Positions 28,653 through 39,338 are shown, counted from the stretch's first letter. The stretch: DNA of 59,789 nt from an archaeon (GCA_038046645.1 JBBSVU010000009.1:1-59789), one strand, 5' to 3'. Numbers and translations: made by a program. Notes: generated by a model from the sequence alone, not told the origin.

Positions 28653-29517
28653 CCAATGCAGGCCTTTGCGATTTTACCATGCCTAAATACATGAAATTCA
28701 TAAGTATAATCAAGCCAAGCAAAATCCAAAGCATGGATTCATTAATTTGAATCTTTGGGAAGCTGCTCAATATTATTAAGAATGTCAAGCCTAACGAAGG
28801 TATTACAACACCGACCATCATATACATCAGGGAAAGCAGTCTCAGCTGGTTTCCATATTTATTAATTTCAATCATCTGGTCCTTTACTGCAGTAGAAACA
28901 GATTCCTGCAAGACACTAGCAACCTCTGCCCCGCCTTTTAATCCATTAACAATCTGCCAAAGGATATTCCTGAATTTTTGGCTGGGGGTTCTTGTTGCAA
29001 AATCCTGCAACACTTTATTCTGGTGCTCGCCTGCCTTAATCTGTGAAAGCAGTTTCCTGAATTCTTGCCCCAATAATCCAAAATCACCCTCAGCTACAAT
29101 CTCCATTGCATTAAATAAAGTAACACCGCTCCTTACCTGAATCAGCATAGTCCTTAATGCAAAAACCAGGTTATTTTCAATATCCCTTACTTTTTTCTTT
29201 ACTCGCATTGCTGGATAAATTAATATTTGCAAAGCAATAAGCACACAAAAAAGAACTGACAACCCCAATCCTAAAGTAATGTATTCTGCAACAAACCTTT
29301 CCAGCAGAACAATAAAAAGGACTGAGAAAACAGCAAAATAAACTAACAAATTAAATAGAAGCATTGCCAAATATTCCTCAGCAGTGAACTCAATATCAGC
29401 ATGCTTTAATTGCATATCTAAAAAAGGGAATATTTTCTTCAGCGCTTGTGCTAAACCTATAAACGGCAGGGAAACAGTTTTCATTACTTTTTCAGGGAAT
29501 AAAACAAAGGGTATCAT
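28645..29517 (-). CDS. type IV pilus/T2SS F-family (TadB/C-like) membrane protein
   Basis: FALRTMLIQVRSG, multiple TMs, next to the ATPase. Confidence 0.88.
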   Translation of the reverse strand: MIPFVLFPEKVMKTVSLPFIGLAQALKKIFPFLDMQLKHADIEFTAEEYLAMLLFNLLVYFAVFSVLFIVLLERFVAEYITLGLGLSVLFCVLIALQILIYPAMRVKKKVRDIENNLVFALRTMLIQVRSGVTLFNAMEIVAEGDFGLLGQEFRKLLSQIKAGEHQNKVLQDFATRTPSQKFRNILWQIVNGLKGGAEVASVLQESVSTAVKDQMIEINKYGNQLRLLSLMYMMVGVVIPSLGLTFLIILSSFPKIQINESMLWILLGLIILMNFMYLGMVKSQRPALGA

Positions 29518-31070
29518 TATTTTGCCTCTTTCATCTCCCCTAACAACATTTTTTTATCATTCCTTCTTATTGCATCCAAAACAACAGTTGAATTGGAATA
29601 ATATTCAGCAATGACCTTTCCGACATCAGTTATGTTATGTATAGACTGATTAAGCATCCATTCCAAAATCATCTTTTTTTCAAGGATTTCATCATTAATT
29701 TCTGCGGGCAATAACCCTGTGTACAAGCCAAGCTCCTCATAGAACCTTATGCTTTCGCTATATTTCTCAATTGAATCTTCCTTTGCCTTCCAGCGATAAA
29801 GTATGTTTGCTTTTACTGCTTCTTCATTGCCCCTTCTTTCAGTGATATATTCAGATAATTGCAAAATCCTTCTAACACCCAAGCGCCTGTTCCTGAACAT
29901 CACTATATTCAAGCCAACAGCATCTAGCATTGTGCTAGGAATCTCAATTGGTGGATTTGTTAATCTCCTAATTGTTTCATCAGCAGTATTCGCATGCACA
30001 GTAGTATATGCGGAATGGCCTGTATGCATCGCCTCAAACAACACCTCTGCTTCCTCCTTTCTCCTGATTTCCCCTACCACTATCCTGTCTGGCCTCATTC
30101 TCAATGAATTAACAAGGAGGTCAAGCATAGTAACTTCCCCCTTGCCTTCAGGATTTGGTTCCCTTGTAGTAAGCGGAACCCAATGAAGGTATTCTGGAAG
30201 AAAAATCTCCCGGGTATCCTCAATACTTATTATTCTGTGGTTTGGCGGGATAAATGGCATGCTTACGCCCAATATTGTTGTTTTTCCAGATGCTGTCCCT
30301 CCGCTAAACACGACAGACATTTCATATTGGATTGCCTCCCATATTGTAGCCATTACTTCAGAGGAAACTGTTTTATTGGAAATCAAATCAGTAACTGTCC
30401 AAGGATCTCTCCTAAACTTCCTGATTGTAATTGTATTCCCTTTTGTGCTGATTGGGAATAAGGTAGAATTCACCCTGTCGCCTGAAAGCAAATGTGCATC
30501 AAGTAGCGGATCCAAAACAGTTATTTGCTTACCTATTTTTCTTGCAATTATATTAGCATAATTCAAAATATCGTCTTCTGGCTTGACAAAAACATTTGTT
30601 GAAAGCCACCCATATTTTTTATGGTAAACATGTATAGCTTCTGTTGCATTATTGATCACAAGCTCTTCAAGGTTTCCATCAGCCAACAAAAATTCAATAT
30701 TCCCCAAACCAAACATTTCATTAACCAAAACTTCAGTAAGGAAATTTAAGTCTTCCTGCTTGCTTGTCTTGGATTCTTTCTCAAGCATTGCAAGCGCCCT
30801 TAACCTGACAATTTGCTTTAATTCTTCAACTTTTTTTGGGTCGGTTGCCTTATCAATATTTAATTCAACACTTGCAAGCAATTGTTTTTTTATTGAATCA
30901 AGCAATGCTTTTGTGCCTTTTCCAAATTCCGGCAGATTTAAAAAATAAGAATCAGTAAACCCTTTTTCCTTGCTGATAATATTTATGTCAATTTTCGCAT
31001 TTCCTAACTCAATAGCATAAGTTTCCAAAACATTTACCATAATATCACTCTTCTTCAATGTTTTCAACAT
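29517..31070 (-). CDS. type IV pilus assembly ATPase (CpaF/VirB11 family)
   Basis: GGTASGKTT, SIEDTRE, LRMRPDRIVVGEIR, TGH, TVHA. Confidence 0.93.
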   Translation of the reverse strand: MLKTLKKSDIMVNVLETYAIELGNAKIDINIISKEKGFTDSYFLNLPEFGKGTKALLDSIKKQLLASVELNIDKATDPKKVEELKQIVRLRALAMLEKESKTSKQEDLNFLTEVLVNEMFGLGNIEFLLADGNLEELVINNATEAIHVYHKKYGWLSTNVFVKPEDDILNYANIIARKIGKQITVLDPLLDAHLLSGDRVNSTLFPISTKGNTITIRKFRRDPWTVTDLISNKTVSSEVMATIWEAIQYEMSVVFSGGTASGKTTILGVSMPFIPPNHRIISIEDTREIFLPEYLHWVPLTTREPNPEGKGEVTMLDLLVNSLRMRPDRIVVGEIRRKEEAEVLFEAMHTGHSAYTTVHANTADETIRRLTNPPIEIPSTMLDAVGLNIVMFRNRRLGVRRILQLSEYITERRGNEEAVKANILYRWKAKEDSIEKYSESIRFYEELGLYTGLLPAEINDEILEKKMILEWMLNQSIHNITDVGKVIAEYYSNSTVVLDAIRRNDKKMLLGEMKEAK

Positions 31071-31977
31071 ATTTCAAATATACTGCGCCCAATGGCGAAT
31101 AATTAAGTTCAACTAACCCTTCTTGCTTTAGGATATCAGCATATTCCTTAAAGTTTTTTTGGGAAATCCCCAATGATTTAACATCATCGTAAGTTACTTT
31201 CTTTTTTTCCTGAACCATTGAAAGAATCTGGTCCAATTCAGTAATAATCCTGTTCTTTTTTATTTCCACAGCCATTGTCTTTATGCTTTCCTTGTTTTTC
31301 TTGTGCCCAAAATGTTCCGGCTCAACAACTACTGGCAATTTTTCTATTTGCTTACTTTTTTTCTCAAGCTCAACCATGCTTGCCAAATTATCAATGCTTT
31401 TCAAAACCTTGTTCACATCAACATTTTCAGCATGCTCAGCAATCGCCTCCTTATCTACATTGTGCTTGTCCATGAGATTATCCAATTTTTGCTCAATCCT
31501 TTCTAGCCTTGGGCCATCTACCTTTTCCTTCAGTTTTGCATGGAAAGGATGCAATCCAAGCGGCTGCTTTTTTTCACCAATATTATCCTGTTCTGCTTGC
31601 GTTAACATCAATTGCGTTTCTGCCTTTTTCCTCTGATATTCCTCTTCGCCGATTCTTTTATTTGCCAAATCAAGCTCCAGTGCACTCATCTTACTTTTCA
31701 AATCAGCAATTGTTTTCTCTAACCTCTGGATTGTTTTTTTGGTTATTTTCCTTCTTTTGCTTTTTTTCTTAATTTTTTCTTTTTTGACTTCCCTAAATTC
31801 CTCGTGCCTTAAATCATCTGCAAGTATGCCCAATCCACTGCTCCTGCTTGCTGCCTTCATTTCTCCCACAATTGCAGAACCTGAAATCGGCTTTTCCCGG
31901 CTTCCTGAAAAAATTCTGCTAAGCTTGGCTGAAATAGTTTTGAAAAAATTTGACACAATTTTAGTTTTATCTTCCAT
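31045..31977 (-). CDS. hypothetical charged/coiled-coil protein with possible C-terminal wHTH
   Basis: In the pilus operon; C-terminal YADILKQEGLVELNYS. Confidence 0.65.
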   Translation of the reverse strand: MEDKTKIVSNFFKTISAKLSRIFSGSREKPISGSAIVGEMKAASRSSGLGILADDLRHEEFREVKKEKIKKKSKRRKITKKTIQRLEKTIADLKSKMSALELDLANKRIGEEEYQRKKAETQLMLTQAEQDNIGEKKQPLGLHPFHAKLKEKVDGPRLERIEQKLDNLMDKHNVDKEAIAEHAENVDVNKVLKSIDNLASMVELEKKSKQIEKLPVVVEPEHFGHKKNKESIKTMAVEIKKNRIITELDQILSMVQEKKKVTYDDVKSLGISQKNFKEYADILKQEGLVELNYSPLGAVYLKYVENIEEE

Positions 31978-32014
31978 GATAAGAAAACACTCTTTATGTT
32001 TAAATCCTTTTTTA

Positions 32015-33028
32015 TCAGCCCTGCAAGGGATTACTTGCTGCTTTTACCTTACTTCCGGCTGAATTTGCATCAATAGATACAAGCACATTAAAATCTGAGA
32101 AAAATAAATTCTCAATAGACTCTTTAAAAGTAAACCTAATGGAGGTGATTACTGTTTTAGTTGCTGTTTCATAAAGCTTCTGGCCGGCAATTAAGATTAT
32201 GGACTTTGACTTGCAGCCTGTGCCTGAACAATAAAGGAAAAAATTAAAATCCACAGAAGGATTAAAATGCCTGCTGATTATTTTTTGGGAAAGGAAACAG
32301 GTCGGGCAATTTTTTGTTTCTAGATAAATATTCAAGTAAGGATTAATGCTTCCTTCTGAATACACCTCCTGTGGGCATACCCCTGCATTGCATTTTATTG
32401 CATTAAAATCATCATCAAAAAGGATTATGTTAAAATCAATCCTTTTCACATTAACCATTGAAAAATTTTGGGAACAGGAATAATGGTTTGCATCCTCAAA
32501 CCTTATTTGATTCAAGTCATTATTTTTTATTGCCATGCAGCTTGGCAAAGAAACAAACTGCAGGTTTTTGCTTTGGCCTCCCCATGCCTGATTTTTTATG
32601 GCAGATAAATTAATGTCAAAACCGTCATAGGCATTTGAAAAATTCCGGTCTTCTACAAATGCCTCATAAAGATTTAGTGAATCAAAAAAATTGCTTATTT
32701 TCGCAGATTCAAACGGCAGGCTAAAATTTATGTCAAGGTAATTTCCATCAAATGAATAATTGAATGGCAGAATCCTTTCAAAAGCCTGCTTTGCCTTTCC
32801 GGATTTTGGCAGATTCCCGATATTGCTTTGCACATTAGATATTTTTTCAGTTAGGTTCGTAAGTGAAATAGTATTTTCAGAATTAAATGTATCATTGCGT
32901 GATTTGGCAATGTAACTATTCAGCAGAATAATCCCTAAAATAAGCACAAGAACCATCAGGCTAAACATAAGCCCCCTTGAATTCAGCGCTCTTGGATTCA
33001 TTCCCCTTGAATTAATTCTTAGTAGCAT
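32015..33028 (-). CDS. minor pilin-like protein
   Basis: SRG/LMFSLMVLVL class III-like signal peptide; ATG at 33028. Confidence 0.7.
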   Translation of the reverse strand: MLLRINSRGMNPRALNSRGLMFSLMVLVLILGIILLNSYIAKSRNDTFNSENTISLTNLTEKISNVQSNIGNLPKSGKAKQAFERILPFNYSFDGNYLDINFSLPFESAKISNFFDSLNLYEAFVEDRNFSNAYDGFDINLSAIKNQAWGGQSKNLQFVSLPSCMAIKNNDLNQIRFEDANHYSCSQNFSMVNVKRIDFNIILFDDDFNAIKCNAGVCPQEVYSEGSINPYLNIYLETKNCPTCFLSQKIISRHFNPSVDFNFFLYCSGTGCKSKSIILIAGQKLYETATKTVITSIRFTFKESIENLFFSDFNVLVSIDANSAGSKVKAASNPLQG

Positions 33029-33035
33029 AATGAAT

Positions 33036-35327
33036 CTATTTTCTCCAGATTGACAAATCAATCTTATAGAACTGCATCTTCGGGCTAAGGATGCAATATG
33101 CCTGCACAACATTATTGTTTAAGCATTCTAAAATACTTTTATCCCTATTTACAATGGCATAGATATAGCCTGTGCTTGAAAGCGATTCATTCAGGAAAAT
33201 TTGGAAGTAATTTGAACATGGCTGTGATTTCTGGCCGCAAAAAGCATTTACTGTTTCCTGCTTTAAAAATTGCCCGCTTATCGGGTCATTTAAATAAAAA
33301 TCAAGCTTTGTCTGGCCTGAATTTAAATAACCCGTATTCTGGACATTCACATCAAGCAGGATTTGATTGTCAGAAACTATTTGTGCCTGAATAATATCTA
33401 AAGTTAAATCACGGTATTTGAAGGGAATGAGTGCAAAAATGTTCCATAGAATGCTGTTTGCAAATCCATTCACATCGTTATAATAAAAAGTAGTCCCTTC
33501 TGCAGGGAATTTCAATGAATTAATCTCACAGGCATAATTTGAAGTGCAAGGAATCTTTATTATATAATAACTTGCCCAAGGATGGTCTGCATCAATATAA
33601 CCGATAATATAACTTATGTAATTCTGGTCAACTTGCTGTATTAAAGTTCCTGAACCCAAATCAACAACCTGCGCGCCTTTTGGCAAAGGAACTAAAATAT
33701 TGGCATCATATGCTTTTTGCGACCCCTGCAATTTTTCCCCTATTTTTTCCGCAATTAAATCATAAACAGACAGTAGTGAATTTTCATCATTGGCATAATA
33801 AAATTGCCCTCCGGTTATGTTTGCAATATTTGTCAATTCAACAACATCTGCATCAGACCCTAAACCAATAGTGTAAATTGTAATTCCGTGATTTTTTGCA
33901 TCCTGTGCTGCTTCTGCAGAGCTAGGCCCGGTATTTGTTTTGCCATCAGATAATAATACTTGGAATTTTATTGCCTCTTCCCTTCCATGGCCTAATGGCT
34001 GCGGCTGCAATTCCTCTGTTGCAGTATAAATTCCTGAACCTGTTGCTGTGCCACCACCTGCACTTAAACTTTCAATAGCATTTATCACCGCAGCATGGTT
34101 TGGCGTTAAAGGCAGTTCTTTTTTTGCAGTAGTTGCATAAGATACTACCCCCAAAAAATCTTGCTCTTCCCAATCTGCCAGGCTAACAAAGGTTATCGCT
34201 TCTATTTTTGCTGCATTAAGTTTTGTCCTATAAATATTAACATCATAATTTATTGAATCATCGCTCCATGCCTGTACCCTCCATGTTCCTCCTGAAGGAT
34301 AGGTCAAATTGCTCAAATTAGACTTATCAACTTCAATTGTTATTGGTGAATTTGAAGAAGAACCTGAAGATGAAGGCCAATATTTTGATTTTGGTGAATA
34401 TAATCTCAAGCGAGGCTTGCTTGGCCCTGAATAGCCTGTGTATTTCATTTTTATTGCAAATGCCTCATAATTCCAATCAAACGTTCCCAAAGTAACCCAG
34501 TTATTATATTGCCAACTCAAACACCAGCCAAACCACCATTGTGTGCATGTCCTTGTTCCATCATTAAAAGTTCCGGAAAATAATTTCTGGTAATTTACTG
34601 TAAACTCATCCATGCTGCCTGACCTGTCCAAAACAAGCATAATGTCAGCAGGTTCCCTGCCTGCGGGCTTGACACTTGCATTTATGTCTGCCCTAATCTG
34701 CTGATCGCATTCTAACTGAGTTGCGGGGTTTATTGAGATGCCAAAATCAATATTCAGGTCATTGCCATCAAAATATGCAAAATCATTTTCAAAATCCTTG
34801 AAATATAATTCAAAGTAATTTTCATAATTTTTTAGGGGATATTTATGTGCCAAGGAACCTTTTTGGGCACTTACTTCACATTTTGATGGCGGCTGCTTTT
34901 TCATTAGCTTGATTGATTTATGGGCAATCGGCCTATTTTCAGGGATTGTTTTCCCGACAGATTGATACAAGCCAAGCAGTTCAGCAAAGCAATCATTAAA
35001 TTTCTGGCTGCTTTTGCATTTTTCAGCATTGGAATCAAAAACGCGCAGGCTTAGGTTAAAATCAACATCCTGCGGTAACAATTCAGCCAACCTTGCGGAT
35101 ATTGCATTCATCTTTTGGCTAGCTGTCAGGGAATTACCATCAAGCACTTCCAAGAAAAACCCATTATAATCTAAAGTAGTCAATGCATCTGCTGCCAATG
35201 TTTCTGCTGGAAAATGTTGCAACACAACGCTATTTTCCGAAACATTCACCATGGCAAAACCCAAAAAACCCAGGGCAAGCATTAATGCAAAAAAGAGTTC
35301 TGTTGTGAACACAAACCCTTTATTCAT
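33036..35327 (-). CDS. pilin-like vWA-domain adhesin
   Basis: KG/FVFTTE signal, MIDAS DRSGS, GGTAT, LLSDG, C-terminal CARDB-like NVQNTG. Confidence 0.85.
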   Translation of the reverse strand: MNKGFVFTTELFFALMLALGFLGFAMVNVSENSVVLQHFPAETLAADALTTLDYNGFFLEVLDGNSLTASQKMNAISARLAELLPQDVDFNLSLRVFDSNAEKCKSSQKFNDCFAELLGLYQSVGKTIPENRPIAHKSIKLMKKQPPSKCEVSAQKGSLAHKYPLKNYENYFELYFKDFENDFAYFDGNDLNIDFGISINPATQLECDQQIRADINASVKPAGREPADIMLVLDRSGSMDEFTVNYQKLFSGTFNDGTRTCTQWWFGWCLSWQYNNWVTLGTFDWNYEAFAIKMKYTGYSGPSKPRLRLYSPKSKYWPSSSGSSSNSPITIEVDKSNLSNLTYPSGGTWRVQAWSDDSINYDVNIYRTKLNAAKIEAITFVSLADWEEQDFLGVVSYATTAKKELPLTPNHAAVINAIESLSAGGGTATGSGIYTATEELQPQPLGHGREEAIKFQVLLSDGKTNTGPSSAEAAQDAKNHGITIYTIGLGSDADVVELTNIANITGGQFYYANDENSLLSVYDLIAEKIGEKLQGSQKAYDANILVPLPKGAQVVDLGSGTLIQQVDQNYISYIIGYIDADHPWASYYIIKIPCTSNYACEINSLKFPAEGTTFYYNDVNGFANSILWNIFALIPFKYRDLTLDIIQAQIVSDNQILLDVNVQNTGYLNSGQTKLDFYLNDPISGQFLKQETVNAFCGQKSQPCSNYFQIFLNESLSSTGYIYAIVNRDKSILECLNNNVVQAYCILSPKMQFYKIDLSIWRK

Positions 35328-35823
35328 AGATTGTGAATTCAACATTTGTGTTCACTCCGCCTTTCAAAACAATTGAATTTAATACTACCCTTAAATAATT
35401 TGTATCTGTTGGCTGCAGGCCTATTGTTGTTGTTTGCTGGGGATTTTTAAATTCCAAAAAGAAATCATATTTTCCAAAAAGCAATTTTTGCTTTGCTGTC
35501 AGATAATCCATCGACTGCAATTTTGCCAATTTCACCTCATTTATGAGTTTTGGCAATGAAACTATTCCAATTACATTTACATCAGTGCCTGTCCAACTAT
35601 CTGGAATGCCTTTGCTGTTCAACATAGTATCTAAAGACATTTCTGCCAAAGCCTGCATTTCCCGCATTTTTATTTCTGAATTGAAGGTCTCAAAATTGTG
35701 CGAATAATAAGCATAAAATGTTCCAAAAACAAGCAGGAACACTGCTACTGCAAATACCACATCATAAAGGACTATCTGGCCTTTCCGGCCTGCATAATGC
35801 ATTTGCTTGCAGGCATTAAACAT
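35320..35823 (-). CDS. minor pilin
   Basis: RKG/QIVLYD followed by hydrophobic helix. Confidence 0.8.
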   Translation of the reverse strand: MFNACKQMHYAGRKGQIVLYDVVFAVAVFLLVFGTFYAYYSHNFETFNSEIKMREMQALAEMSLDTMLNSKGIPDSWTGTDVNVIGIVSLPKLINEVKLAKLQSMDYLTAKQKLLFGKYDFFLEFKNPQQTTTIGLQPTDTNYLRVVLNSIVLKGGVNTNVEFTIYE

Positions 35824-36232
35824 TTTTTACCTCTAACTGGTTTGTTTTTTTTATCTCGATTGTGCCTGCCACCAAATTAACATTTGGCAGAGTGCCAAAG
35901 AATTTGCAGGAAACATCCCCGATGAAAATATTATTTCCTGAAATTATCAAATCCCTATCAAGCAAAAATTCTGCTTTTGAGAAATTCTGGGCATTTGCCT
36001 TTGAAAGCAATCCTGCCAAAGAATAACAAATCTTGCTTGATTCTGATTTATTTTTCAATATATCTGACTGCATTCGCATATTTGAGGCAAAAAGCAGCAC
36101 CATCACAAGCAGCAAAAGCGCAATTGAAACAGCAAAAACTGTTTCTGTGGAAACCTGGGCTTTTTTGTCAAACATCTTTTTCCTGCCAAACATTTTTTTC
36201 CTCTTTGAATCCAAAAACAAATATTTATTCAA
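35816..36232 (-). CDS. minor pilin
   Basis: KKA/QVSTE followed by hydrophobic helix. Confidence 0.8.
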   Translation of the reverse strand: MNKYLFLDSKRKKMFGRKKMFDKKAQVSTETVFAVSIALLLLVMVLLFASNMRMQSDILKNKSESSKICYSLAGLLSKANAQNFSKAEFLLDRDLIISGNNIFIGDVSCKFFGTLPNVNLVAGTIEIKKTNQLEVKNV

Positions 36233-36642
36233 ATTGCCTGGAATGCAACACTGGCATCATTAGCATAAACCCGCATAGTGTAAATGCCTTCAGCAATTGG
36301 CAAACTGCCTGACAGGTTAAAATCAAGGGCATAAGTAAAGTCAGAACCTTTCCAAGTTATTGAAAGCTTATTCCCCAAAATGCTGCTGGAAATAACGCCT
36401 TCAGGGATTTTTATTTTGGTAAGCATGCTATTCCCTGAGCCTGCTGCATGGACATACTTTGCTGCATTACCCAATGCCTCTAAAGAAGTGCTAAGGTTTT
36501 GCATCTTCATTGTTTCAGCATATGTTAAAAATGAATAGCTGGTGATGACCGCAACAACTGCCAAAAGCACACCCATTGAAATCACATATTCAGTGGCAAT
36601 TTGGCCTTTTTCGTTAAAGCATTTTTTCATTAAAAAACCCAT
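36229..36642 (-). CDS. minor pilin
   Basis: KG/QIATEY followed by hydrophobic helix. Confidence 0.82.
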   Translation of the reverse strand: MGFLMKKCFNEKGQIATEYVISMGVLLAVVAVITSYSFLTYAETMKMQNLSTSLEALGNAAKYVHAAGSGNSMLTKIKIPEGVISSSILGNKLSITWKGSDFTYALDFNLSGSLPIAEGIYTMRVYANDASVAFQAI

Positions 36643-36706
36643 GTACTTATTAGAATCTTTTTATATAAAAATATTGGCTCAACCCTAAAAATTAGCTAAA
36701 TTAGGG

Positions 36707-38047
36707 TTAGAGGACATAATCTTTGCAAAGCTCAGGCACAATTATTTTTGCCTTGGTATTTTTTTTCATGGATTTGCTAAGCTCTGAAATCGCATCCTTT
36801 TCACCATGCACCAGAAAAATTTTCTTCATTCTGATTCCTTTGGCAAAATTAATCAAATCATGGAAATCTGAATGCGCAGAAAAGGGAATATGGGCAACAT
36901 TTGCATTTACTGCAATTTCCTCTTCATCAATCTTCACTGTTTTCTTGCCTTCAATCAATTCCCGGCCTAATGAACCTTTTACCTGAAACCCGACAAGAAC
37001 TATTGCATTCAAAGGATTTGGAGCCATTAATTTAAAATATGTCATGGATGGGCCGCCAGTCAGCATACCGCTTGTTGCAAGAACAACAACATTCTCATTC
37101 TTCATTACATCCCTTTTGTGGATTGTTTTGGATTTTTGCATAAATTCACTTTTGAATGGGTCATCATCAGCAATAAGAATCCTATTTATAATCTCAGGCT
37201 TGAGATTTATCACATTGTGCCTGCATATCCTGTTTGCCCTTATCAGCATGCCATCCAGAAAAACATTTAATTTTTTCAAATAACCAGACCGCATATAATT
37301 TTCCAAGAAAAACATTATCTCCTGTGCCCTTCCAACTGCAAATACTGGAATTAATACCTTGCCGCCTTTTGAGATTGTTTCATTTATTAAATCAGCTAGT
37401 TTCTTGCTGGAACTTTTTAGGCTAGGCAGGGAAATCCTATTGCCATAAGTAGATTCGATTATTATACAATCAATCTTTTCATCTTCTTGTAAATTTTTTG
37501 CAGCCAAAAGAACACTTGTTTCCCTTGTGTTAAAATCCCCAGTATAGAGAATCTTCTTTCCTTTTATGTTCAAAAGGACCATTGATGCACCAATTATGTG
37601 GCCTGCATTGAAAAATTTAAATGAAATATTCTTTGATAAGTTATACTCATTTTCATATTCAACAATTTCAATTAGGGAAATAGTCTTCAGGACGTCCTCT
37701 GAGGAGTAAATTGCAGTTCCTTCTTCCTTGCCTATGCGCGCAGCATCGCTTAACAGCAATTGTATTGTATCCCTTGTTGGCTTGGTGCAGAAAATTTTCC
37801 CTGAAAAACCGTTCTTCACAAGAAATGGAAGATAGCCTGAATGATCCAAATGGGCATGCGATAAAAAAATAGACCATATTTTAGGGATTAATTTCAAGGG
37901 AATTTTTGGAAATCTTCCATCACATTTTTCCCCCAGGTTTATGCCGGCATCAAACAGGAATTTCCTGCTGCCTGATTCAATAAGGATGCAACTTCTTCCA
38001 ACTTCCTGCGCTGCACCAAAAAACTTAATTAGTACCTTATCCGCCAT
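36707..38047 (-). CDS. beta-CASP metallo-beta-lactamase ribonuclease (aCPSF family, no KH domains)
   Basis: GAAQEVGRSC, HAHLDH, AGHIIG, YTGD, ESTYG, FSAH, VHGE. Confidence 0.9.
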   Translation of the reverse strand: MADKVLIKFFGAAQEVGRSCILIESGSRKFLFDAGINLGEKCDGRFPKIPLKLIPKIWSIFLSHAHLDHSGYLPFLVKNGFSGKIFCTKPTRDTIQLLLSDAARIGKEEGTAIYSSEDVLKTISLIEIVEYENEYNLSKNISFKFFNAGHIIGASMVLLNIKGKKILYTGDFNTRETSVLLAAKNLQEDEKIDCIIIESTYGNRISLPSLKSSSKKLADLINETISKGGKVLIPVFAVGRAQEIMFFLENYMRSGYLKKLNVFLDGMLIRANRICRHNVINLKPEIINRILIADDDPFKSEFMQKSKTIHKRDVMKNENVVVLATSGMLTGGPSMTYFKLMAPNPLNAIVLVGFQVKGSLGRELIEGKKTVKIDEEEIAVNANVAHIPFSAHSDFHDLINFAKGIRMKKIFLVHGEKDAISELSKSMKKNTKAKIIVPELCKDYVL

Positions 38048-38200
38048 GCTATTGCCTATTTACCTAAAGTATATGGTAATGTATTTTTAACGGCTAGCAA
38101 TAAGGCCATTAAATGCCTTAAAAATGCATTTTAATGCGGTTTTAGGCTATCTTTTCCAAAAAAGTGTGTTTTTTAAGCTTATAATATAAATATATTATAT

Positions 38201-38812
38201 ATGCAATCAGCTACTTGCTTTAATAGGGAATGCTCTGCCAAGGTAAAGCTCTGCGAGCTTATTTTGAGAAAATATGCCAAAGCAATAAACGAAAGCGAAA
38301 CAAAAACAATAGGCCAAATAAAAACAATGATTAATCCAGAGGATTTGAGCTTGGCTGCATTTATTTCTGAATTCAAAGAAGAAAATTATTCCTATGAAAA
38401 AAATTTCCTTGAAGTTTTAAAGAAAATATTTGAATTCATACAGAAGGAATTCACATATATAGAACTGGATATTGAAATAAATTACTGGTTAACGCCTAAA
38501 GAAATAATTACCAATAAAATAGGCGATGATGAGGATTTGGCAATGTTCCTTTGCGATGTTGCAAGAGCTTTGGGGAATAAAGAATGCTATGTAATGATGG
38601 CTGAATTAAGCAATCTAACCTTGCACAGCTTTGTGCTGCTTACTGTAGAAGATAAAACATATATCTTGGATACGTGCCAAAACCACAAATTTGAACAATT
38701 TTCAGGCAGCAGGGAAGAGGTAATTCAAAAATATAATTTCAAGCAAGCGCACATAAAAGACTTTGTCACTATGTTTAATGATATTGAATATAAACAATTC
38801 TTGAGTGAATAG
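38201..38812 (+). CDS. transglutaminase-like fold protein lacking catalytic Cys
   Basis: YWLTPKE...GDDEDLA...HSFV...YILD. Confidence 0.7.
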   Translation: MQSATCFNRECSAKVKLCELILRKYAKAINESETKTIGQIKTMINPEDLSLAAFISEFKEENYSYEKNFLEVLKKIFEFIQKEFTYIELDIEINYWLTPKEIITNKIGDDEDLAMFLCDVARALGNKECYVMMAELSNLTLHSFVLLTVEDKTYILDTCQNHKFEQFSGSREEVIQKYNFKQAHIKDFVTMFNDIEYKQFLSE

Positions 38813-38851
38813 TTTTTTCAATAAATTTTTGAGTGAATAATTCTTTCAATA
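38796..38851 (+). repeat. 28-bp imperfect tandem duplication spanning the stop codon
   Basis: AATTCTTGAGTGAATAGTTTTTTCAATA / AATTTTTGAGTGAATAATTCTTTCAATA. Confidence 0.6.
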
Positions 38852-38921
38852 ATAATAGTTTTAAATTTTAAAATACAAAAAAAATAATTTCTTAAAGAAT
38901 TATTTTTTTAAAAGTGAGAAA

Positions 38922-39338
38922 ATGACTGAACATAAAAGTGCAGGCTTTATTGTGTATAAGGATAATCCGCGCGAGTTCCTTATTTTGCATTATGTCAAGA
39001 ATCACTGGGATTTTCCAAAAGGGCATATTGAAAAGGGTGAAAATGAAATAACTGCAGCAGTAAGGGAGCTGAAGGAAGAAACAGGCATTGAGCACATTGA
39101 CATAATGCCGTTCTTCAGGGAGATGAGTGAATATTATTTCAAGGATGAAACAAAATTGAACCATAAAACTGTGGTATTTTATTTAGGGAAGGTGCATGCA
39201 GACAAGGTTACAATATCAAATGAGCATATGGATTATGCTTGGCTGCCTTTTGAACAGGCGCTTACTCAGGTAACTTATAAAAATTCAAAGGAGTTATTGA
39301 AAAAGGCCAATAACTTTTTGAAGAAATACAAATTATGA
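38922..39338 (+). CDS. Nudix hydrolase (Ap4A hydrolase-like)
   Basis: WDFPKGHIEKGENEITAAVRELKEETG Nudix box; SNEH. Confidence 0.88.
   Translation: MTEHKSAGFIVYKDNPREFLILHYVKNHWDFPKGHIEKGENEITAAVRELKEETGIEHIDIMPFFREMSEYYFKDETKLNHKTVVFYLGKVHADKVTISNEHMDYAWLPFEQALTQVTYKNSKELLKKANNFLKKYKL

Noticed and set aside
38922-39338. Nudix hydrolase as the DMAP supplier for UbiX
   Set aside because: Far from the MVA cluster and Ap4A-hydrolase-like; no sequence evidence for this role
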